64,000 bases of DNA from Candidatus Binatia bacterium. GTDB taxonomy: Bacteria > Desulfobacterota > Binatia > UBA9968 > JAJDTQ01. The notes beneath the pieces are model-generated. The model saw only the letters and a program-made list of their open reading frames with translations. It did no database searches and had not been told where the DNA came from. Of the stretch, positions 58,108 through 64,000 are shown in pieces (within the stretch, counting starts at the first letter, position 1; every line of letters starts with the position of its first letter). The stretch covers positions 1,152,001-1,216,000 of the forward strand of contig OY762897.2 in assembly GCA_963666515.2 (NCBI GenBank), read 5' to 3'. The position numbers were made by a program, and so were the translations under genes.

Positions 58108-59055
58108 ATGGCCAAGACCGCAAGGGACCTGGATCTTCGCAAGCTGGAGATATTCTACTGGGTGGCCGAGCTGCGCAGCTTCTCGCTGGCCGCGGAACAC
58201 TTCTCCCTCAGGCAGCCTACCGTGACCGCGCACGTGCAGACCCTGGAGCAGCAACTGGGCTGCGAGCTGTTCAGGCGATCCGGCGGCCGGTTCGACCTGA
58301 CGTCCACCGGGTGGATGCTCTACGAGCAAGCCGGCGCGGTGCTGAAGCTCAAGAACCAGGCGCTGGCGGCGCTGGACCGCATCCAGGGAAAGGTGGAAGG
58401 GGAGTTGCGGTTGGGGGGCAGCAACGTCCCCGGAGAGCACATCCTGCCGGGCGTGCTGGGGAGCTTCGTGGCGCGGTTTCCGGACGTGCGGCCCGTGCTC
58501 CGCATCGGCGATTCCGCGGCCATCGTGGCCGAGATCCTCGACGGCACGCTGGAGCTGGGTTTCACCGGCTTCCGCACCCGCGACGACCGGTTGAGGTACC
58601 GCAAGACGTGGCAGGACGAGATGATCGTGGCGGTGCCCGCGAACCATCGTTGGGCGGGCTTGAAGCAGGTGGCTATCCAGGACCTCGGCAAGGAGCCGTT
58701 CATTTCCCGGGAAGGCGGGTCGGGGACGCTACGCTCGTTCCTGCAGCTTGTGTCCAAACGCGGGGAGGACCCGGAGCGGTTCCTCAGGGTGGGCATGGAG
58801 CTGGGCAGCACGGCCGCGGTCAAGGAAGCGCTCATGGAGGGGTTCGGCTTCTCCGTCCTTTCCCGTGCCGCCATCCGGCGAGAGGTCCAGCAGGGTCTCA
58901 TCAAGGAGGTGCGCATCAAGGGCCTGGACCTGGTCCGGCCTTTCTACCAGGTGACCCACCGCGAGCGCCCGTTGGCGCCGGTGCCGCGCGCCTTCGTCCG
59001 GTTCCTGAACCGCGCCCCCCGGACCCATCTATGGGAGCCTGTGAACCATAGCTAA
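58108..59055 (+). CDS. LysR-family regulator (CysL-like; resembles the selenium-metabolism-associated LysR group)
   Basis: HTH SFSLAA..LRQPTVT.HVQTLE..LG..LF.R; GGSNVPGEHILP; REGGSGT; ELGSTAAVK. Confidence 0.87.
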   Translation: MAKTARDLDLRKLEIFYWVAELRSFSLAAEHFSLRQPTVTAHVQTLEQQLGCELFRRSGGRFDLTSTGWMLYEQAGAVLKLKNQALAALDRIQGKVEGELRLGGSNVPGEHILPGVLGSFVARFPDVRPVLRIGDSAAIVAEILDGTLELGFTGFRTRDDRLRYRKTWQDEMIVAVPANHRWAGLKQVAIQDLGKEPFISREGGSGTLRSFLQLVSKRGEDPERFLRVGMELGSTAAVKEALMEGFGFSVLSRAAIRREVQQGLIKEVRIKGLDLVRPFYQVTHRERPLAPVPRAFVRFLNRAPRTHLWEPVNHS

Positions 59056-59089
59056 TGCCTATTTGACATATAGGTCATCTTGATATCCA
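59048..59089 (+). promoter_or_regulatory. Tandem LysR-type boxes flanking a TTGACA -35 element
   Basis: ATAG-N7-CTAT (59048-59062), TTGACA (59063-59068), ATAG-N7-TGAT (59070-59084). Confidence 0.65.
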
Positions 59090-59119
59090 ATCTACCGAAA
59101 ATCGCTTCGGGAGGTACGC

Positions 59120-59983
59120 ATGAGACAGAAACTGACTTGGCTGCTTGGTTTGGTGGTGCTGGTTGTCTGGATGATCTGCGGCGTTGCCGCGGCGGACACT
59201 CTGAGGGTTTCGGCCATCCCGGACGAGGACCCGCAGGAGCTTTTGCGCAAGTACAAACCCTTCACCGACTACATCGAGAAGGAAGTGGGGATGAAGGTCA
59301 AGTTCGTCCCGGTGGTGGACTACGCCGCCACCGTGGAGGGGCTGGCCGCCGACCGCCTGGACATCGTCTGGTACGGCGGCTTCACGTCGGTCCAGGCCGT
59401 CCTGCGGGCCAAGGGCGCCACGCGGCTGGCCATGCGCGAGGAGGACGCGAGCTTCAAGAGCGTCTTCGTCGCGCGCACGGATTCCGGCATCAAGACCCTG
59501 GCCGACCTCAAGGGAAAGACCTTCGCGTTCGGGAGCGTCAGCTCCACCTCGGGTCACCTCATGCCGCGCCACTTCCTCAAGGCCGCGGGCATCGAGCCGG
59601 AGCGGGACTTCAAGAAGTTCGGCTTCAGCGGCGCCCATGACGCCACCGCGGCGTGGGTGGCGGCCGGGCGCGTGGACGCCGGCGCGCTCAACTTCCTGGT
59701 GTGGAAGAAGCTGGCGGACAACAAGAAGATCGACACCGGCAAGACCAACGTGTTCTGGACCACCCCGCCCTACGTGGACTACGTCTGGGTGGCCCGCGGC
59801 GGCGTGCCCGAGGAGGTCCGGGAGAAGTTCAAGCAGGCTCTCCTCAAGCTCGACTACTCCGATCCCGCAGACAAGAAGATCATGGATCTTCAACGCACCA
59901 AAAAGTTCATTCCGGCCAAGGACTCGGACTGGGACGGGATCCAGAAGGCGGCCATCGCCGCCGGGATGCTCAAGGTCAATTGA
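59120..59983 (+). CDS. PhnD-like ABC substrate-binding protein (putative selenate-type subfamily)
   Basis: Signal peptide, VSAIPDE, VPVVDYAATV, VWYGGFT.VQA, SSTSGHLMPR, SGAHDAT, TPPYVDYVW. Confidence 0.85.
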   Translation: MRQKLTWLLGLVVLVVWMICGVAAADTLRVSAIPDEDPQELLRKYKPFTDYIEKEVGMKVKFVPVVDYAATVEGLAADRLDIVWYGGFTSVQAVLRAKGATRLAMREEDASFKSVFVARTDSGIKTLADLKGKTFAFGSVSSTSGHLMPRHFLKAAGIEPERDFKKFGFSGAHDATAAWVAAGRVDAGALNFLVWKKLADNKKIDTGKTNVFWTTPPYVDYVWVARGGVPEEVREKFKQALLKLDYSDPADKKIMDLQRTKKFIPAKDSDWDGIQKAAIAAGMLKVN

Positions 59984-60792
59984 CGGGCTCGCAACAATAT
60001 CACCTGGAGAAGCTCCGAAAGGTGTTCGGACGCGACCAGGTGGCGCTGGAGGGCTTCGACCTGAAGGTCGCCCGCGGCGAGCGGGTGGCCCTCATCGGGC
60101 CCAGCGGCGCCGGGAAGACCACGCTCTTCCGCATGCTCAACTGCACCATCCGCCCCACCTCCGGCAGTCTCCGCATCGGCGGCCAGGAGGTGGGGGAGCT
60201 GTACGGCCGGCGGCTGCGGGAGATGCGCCGCCGCATCGGCACCATCTACCAGCAGCACAACCTGGTGCCGCGCCTCCGGGTGGTCCATAACGTGCTATCC
60301 GGGAGGCTGGGGAGCTGGTCCCTGCTCGGCTCCCTGGCCTCGCTGATGCGGCCGTCCCGGCTGGAACCCGCCCACCAGGCCCTGGCCGAGGTGGGCATCG
60401 GCGAGAAGCTCTTCAGCCGCACGGACGAGCTTTCCGGAGGCCAGCAGCAGCGGGTGGCCATTGCGCGGGTGCTGATGCAGGACCCCGACGTGATCCTGGC
60501 GGACGAGCCGGTGTCGTCGGTGGACCCGTCCCTGGCCGAGACCATCATCAAGCTCCTCATCGCCATCAGCGACGGCACCCGCAAGACGCTGCTGGTGAAC
60601 CTTCACAGCACCGACCTGGCGCTGGCGTACTTTCCCAGGGTCATCGGCATGAAGGCGGGGGTCAAGCTGTTCGACACCTCTGCGACCCGGGTCACCCCGG
60701 AGCTTCTGCAGGATCTCTATTCCGGCCATGCGCCGGAAAACGGCGCCGGCGAACCTCTCCATGAACCGGAGCATCAGCGGGTCGCGATCTAG
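59980..60792 (+). CDS. PhnC-like ABC ATPase
   Basis: [34 protein letters not shown]; TTG start overlaps the upstream stop. Confidence 0.9.
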   Translation: MTGSQQYHLEKLRKVFGRDQVALEGFDLKVARGERVALIGPSGAGKTTLFRMLNCTIRPTSGSLRIGGQEVGELYGRRLREMRRRIGTIYQQHNLVPRLRVVHNVLSGRLGSWSLLGSLASLMRPSRLEPAHQALAEVGIGEKLFSRTDELSGGQQQRVAIARVLMQDPDVILADEPVSSVDPSLAETIIKLLIAISDGTRKTLLVNLHSTDLALAYFPRVIGMKAGVKLFDTSATRVTPELLQDLYSGHAPENGAGEPLHEPEHQRVAI

Positions 60793-61648
60793 CCCGGCGT
60801 CCGCCGGCCGCGGTCCCTGGACAATCGGGTCGCAATCGATCTTCCCCTACGTCTTCGGGGGCCTGTTCCTCCTGCTGCTGGTGGATAGCTGGCGCCGCGC
60901 CGAGGTGAATCCGGGGATCTTTTTCGAGCCGGAGGGCAGGGAGCACCTGTGGCAGTTCGTCACCGGCATGTACCCGCCGGAGCTGTCGTGGGACTTCCTG
61001 TCGCTGATGATCCGGCCCACCCTGGAGACCGTCCAGATCTCGGTGATGGGGACGCTGATCGCCGTGGTCATCGGATTTCCGCTCGGCTTGCTGGCCACCA
61101 GCACCTTCAGCTTCCAGGGCATCCTTCACGAGACCGAGCACCGGGGCTTCGGCCTGCGGCACGGCTTCAAGGTCTGTCTCTACGGCCTGGCGCGGGGGCT
61201 GCTGAGCCTCTTCCGCTGCATCCCGGAGTTCGTCTGGGCCTTCATGTTCGTGCGCGCGGTGGGGCTGGGGCCTTTCCCCGGAGTGCTGGCCATCGGGGTC
61301 GCCTACGGCGGCATGCTGGGCAAGGTCTACTCCGAGATATTCGAGTCGGTGAACACCCGCCCGCTGGAGGCCATCCAGTCCACCGGCGCCGGTCGGCTGC
61401 AGATATTCTTCTACGGCTGGTTCCCGCAGGTGCTGCCCAACATCACCTCCTACACGCTGTACCGCTGGGAATGCGCCGTGCGGACCTCGGCCATCCTGGG
61501 GCTGGTGGGCGCCGGCGGCATCGGCCAGCAGATCGAGATCTCCATCCGCATGTTCAACTTCCACGAGGTTACCACGCTGCTGGCGATCCTGTTCGCGCTG
61601 GTGGCGGGAGCCGACTACGTGAGCGCCAGGGTGCGGTCGCTGCTATGA
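60761..61648 (+). CDS. PhnE-like ABC permease
   Basis: LETVQIS..GT, R.IPE.VWA, GLGPFPGVLA, LYRWECAVR.SAILG.VGAGGIG. Confidence 0.9.
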   Translation: MNRSISGSRSSPASAGRGPWTIGSQSIFPYVFGGLFLLLLVDSWRRAEVNPGIFFEPEGREHLWQFVTGMYPPELSWDFLSLMIRPTLETVQISVMGTLIAVVIGFPLGLLATSTFSFQGILHETEHRGFGLRHGFKVCLYGLARGLLSLFRCIPEFVWAFMFVRAVGLGPFPGVLAIGVAYGGMLGKVYSEIFESVNTRPLEAIQSTGAGRLQIFFYGWFPQVLPNITSYTLYRWECAVRTSAILGLVGAGGIGQQIEISIRMFNFHEVTTLLAILFALVAGADYVSARVRSLL

Positions 61649-62520
61649 ACCACGCCGTCACCACCGCCGAAGAGGTGGCGGCCCTCAAGGCCGGCGCCCG
61701 CGACCGCTCGCGATGGTCCACCTTCACGCTGCTGGCGCTCCTGGCGGCGCTCTTCGTATGGAGCTACCAGGGATCGGAGATTCGTCTCGGCATGCTCTTC
61801 AGCGCCGAAGGAGGCGGGGCCATCGCCGGGTACGTGGAGCGGCTGTTCCCGCCGGACCTGTCCGGGAAGGTGGTGGCCGACGCCGTGGCCGGCGCTTGGG
61901 AGACCTTGGCCATCTCCTTGATCGGCACCCTGCTTTCCGTGGTCATCGCGCTGTCTCTGGCCTTCTTCGGCTCCCGCAACCTGGTGTACGCGGGACTGCT
62001 CTACGAGATGGAACCCCGGCGCCATCGGGTGCTGCTGCTGCGCATCCCATACCTGACGGCCAAGGCCATCCTCAACTTCCTGCGCACCATCCCGGAGATG
62101 CTGTGGGCGCTGGTGTTCGTCTTTCTCGTGGGCCTGGGCCCCTTTCCCGGCGTGCTGGCCCTGGGAGTCCACACCGGCGGCGTGCTGGGGAAGCTGTTCG
62201 CGGAGGTGCTGGAGGACGTGGACCTACAGCCCGTGGAGTCGCTGCAGTCCACCGGCGCCGGCAAGATCCAGATCCTGTTCTACGCCATCCTGCCGCAGGT
62301 CCTGCCGCAGTTCATCTCCTACACGCTGTACCGCTGGGAAGTGAACATCCGCGTGGCCGCGGTCCTGGGCTTCGTGGGCGCCGGCGGCCTCGGCCAGCGC
62401 ATCCACATCGCCATGAGCCTGTTCCTGGAGCAACAGCTTCTGACGCTGCTGATGGCCCTCTATATCCTGGTGACCGCGGTGGACTACCTGAGCGCGTACC
62501 TGCGGCGCCGGGTGGTGTGA
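61645..62520 (+). CDS. PhnE-like ABC permease, second copy
   Basis: FPPDLS, RTIPEMLWAL, GLGPFPGVLALG.HT.GVLGKL, LYRWEVNIR. Confidence 0.9.
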   Translation: MNHAVTTAEEVAALKAGARDRSRWSTFTLLALLAALFVWSYQGSEIRLGMLFSAEGGGAIAGYVERLFPPDLSGKVVADAVAGAWETLAISLIGTLLSVVIALSLAFFGSRNLVYAGLLYEMEPRRHRVLLLRIPYLTAKAILNFLRTIPEMLWALVFVFLVGLGPFPGVLALGVHTGGVLGKLFAEVLEDVDLQPVESLQSTGAGKIQILFYAILPQVLPQFISYTLYRWEVNIRVAAVLGFVGAGGLGQRIHIAMSLFLEQQLLTLLMALYILVTAVDYLSAYLRRRVV

Positions 62521-62540
62521 GCGGGAGCCCGCCCGGTGCG

Positions 62541-63575
62541 TCAGGGCCGGACCACCACCTTCAGAGCCTCCTTCGCCATCATCGACCGCAGCGCCTTCTC
62601 CAGATCGTCCAGCGGCACCTCGGCAGACAACAAGGGCCGCGGGTCCAGCACATTGCGGCCCAGCATGTCCAGGGCTCGTGAGACCGTGGCCGGCCGGTGG
62701 TGATAGGCTCCCTTGAGGGTGATCTCGTTGTAGTGGACCTGCGCCGTGTCCAGGGACACCTGCGTCCCCGGCGGGCAGCCGCCGAAGAAGTTGACCACGC
62801 CGCCGGGACGGACGCAGGCGAGAGCGTCCTCCCACACGGCAGGGACGCCGGTGGCGTCGATGGCGCAGTCGAAACCGAGTCCGTCCGCGGAACGGGCACG
62901 AAGCCGCTCCGCCCCCCCGCCCCCGCGGGCTACTTCGACCAGCTCCCGGGCCCCGAGGGCGCGGGCCACGTCGAGCCGTTGCGGATTCGGATCGGCCGCC
63001 ACCACTCGATGTCCTCCGACCGCAAGCACGGCCGTCAGCAACGCTCCCATGGGACCGGCCCCGTACACCAGCACCTCGGAATCGTCCGGGAGACCGCAGG
63101 CGTCGATGGAGTGGATGACGCAGGCCAGCGGCTCCGTCACCGCGGCGATCTCGTAAGGGAGATCAGGGCCGATCGGGTGAGTGCTGGCTTCGACGAACCG
63201 CCGCGGAAGCAGGACGTATTCCGCAAACGCCCCGTTGATATACTGGAGGTCCCGACACAGGTTCTCGCGGCCCGCGCCGCAGTACGCGCAGCGCCCGCAC
63301 GACGCCGAGTTGACCACCACCACCCGGTCGCCCCGATTGTAACCGGCCACCCCCGGCCCCACTTCCTCCACCATGCCCGCGAACTCGTGCCCGAACGGCG
63401 TCGGCACCCGCAGCATCCGCGGATGCCCGCCCCGCCGGAACACCTTTACGTCGGTGCCGCAGGTGGTGGCCGCCCGTATCCTGACCAGCATCTCCCCCTC
63501 GGCAGGGGAAGGCACGGCCTCTTCCCGCAACTCGATGTGCTCGGGGCCGAGCAGGTATATGACCCGGTGTTTCAT
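62541..63575 (-). CDS. Zn-dependent alcohol dehydrogenase (iditol/threonine dehydrogenase-like)
   Basis: CGTD, GHEF.G, CGRCAYC......NLC, EPLAC, GAGPMG. Confidence 0.88.
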   Translation of the reverse strand: MKHRVIYLLGPEHIELREEAVPSPAEGEMLVRIRAATTCGTDVKVFRRGGHPRMLRVPTPFGHEFAGMVEEVGPGVAGYNRGDRVVVVNSASCGRCAYCGAGRENLCRDLQYINGAFAEYVLLPRRFVEASTHPIGPDLPYEIAAVTEPLACVIHSIDACGLPDDSEVLVYGAGPMGALLTAVLAVGGHRVVAADPNPQRLDVARALGARELVEVARGGGGAERLRARSADGLGFDCAIDATGVPAVWEDALACVRPGGVVNFFGGCPPGTQVSLDTAQVHYNEITLKGAYHHRPATVSRALDMLGRNVLDPRPLLSAEVPLDDLEKALRSMMAKEALKVVVRP

Positions 63576-63728
63576 GGCAAGGAGGACGCGCAACGAGCCG
63601 TCCCCACGGCGTAACACTTGTGAAATGGAACGGGCAAGCGGGTTCGGGGCGGGAGATGCCCTCCACTTGGCCCGGCCCAAGTTTCCAAGCCGTGGCAGGC
63701 ATGATAGGTTGAAGGTCCTACAGCAAGC

Positions 63729-63818
63729 GGAGAGGTGGCCGAGTCCGGTTGAAGGCGCCTGACTCGAAATCAGGTTTACCTACGGGTAACGGGGGTTCGA
63801 ATCCCTCCCTCTCCGCCA
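63729..63818 (+). tRNA. tRNA-Ser(CGA)
   Basis: GGAGAGG/CCTCTCC acceptor stem, G discriminator and CCA; anticodon arm CCTGA-CTCGAAA-TCAGG; long variable arm; GGTTCGAATCC T-loop. Confidence 0.95.
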
Positions 63819-63888
63819 CTGTCTTTCATCGACCTCCACCGTGCCCATATTCATAGTCATCATGCCACTGGAGGAAGGGCATTCGGTC

Positions 63889-64000
63889 ATGATTGAATGG
63901 CTCGGCATCGGCCACCTTTTCGAGCTTTCCCGGGCGGAAGCGGTTGCGGGGCTTTTCACCCCGCTGGCGGTCTTTGCCGTATTCTTCCTGGCGCAGCTCG
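63889..64000 (+). CDS. Membrane protein, N-terminus only (truncated by window end)
   Basis: GGAGGAAGG upstream; MIEWLGIGHLFELSRAEAVAGLFTPLAVFAVFFLAQL open to the end. Confidence 0.55.
   Translation, partial: MIEWLGIGHLFELSRAEAVAGLFTPLAVFAVFFLAQL

Noticed and set aside
59120-62520. Canonical phosphonate (phn) utilisation operon
   Set aside because: No phnG-M, phnX or ptxD genes in the window, and no obvious Pho box upstream, so phn gene symbols were withheld
63729-63818. Possible tRNA-Sec (selC) near the selenium-linked genes
   Set aside because: The anticodon is CGA, not TCA, and the acceptor stem is the normal 7 bp, so it is tRNA-Ser

Overview
A GC-rich bacterial chromosomal segment, densely coding and mostly on the + strand. 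Gene order (yicC-gmk-rel, mutL-miaA, pheA-hisC-tyrA-aroA-cmk-rpsA-ihfB, mutS-amidase-glnD-xerD-S2P-trpS-scpA-scpB-rluB) resembles deltaproteobacteria-like lineages, possibly Candidatus Binatia (inference only). Two accessory blocks interrupt the core. (1) An ~18.7 kb catabolic block between miaA and pheA: CoA-transferase, LLM oxidoreductase, four-subunit Mo-hydroxylase with a nicotinate-dehydrogenase-like split large subunit, maleate-isomerase-family enzyme, three amidohydrolases, two PLP enzymes, tandem UbiD enzymes and a cyclodeaminase. It is punctuated by three families of REP-like palindromes and contains a candidate structured ncRNA with an anti-Shine-Dalgarno loop. (2) A probable selenium-linked locus at ~56.4-62.5 kb: a peroxiredoxin missed by the ORF track with an in-frame TGA exactly at the peroxidatic Cys plus a SECIS-like hairpin, ygfZ, a LysR regulator with tandem LysR boxes downstream, and a PhnCDE-like (putative selenate-type) ABC transporter. 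tRNA-Ser(CGA) lies near the right end. No CRISPR array, prophage or transposase was seen. All family assignments come from motif recognition by eye, not database searches.
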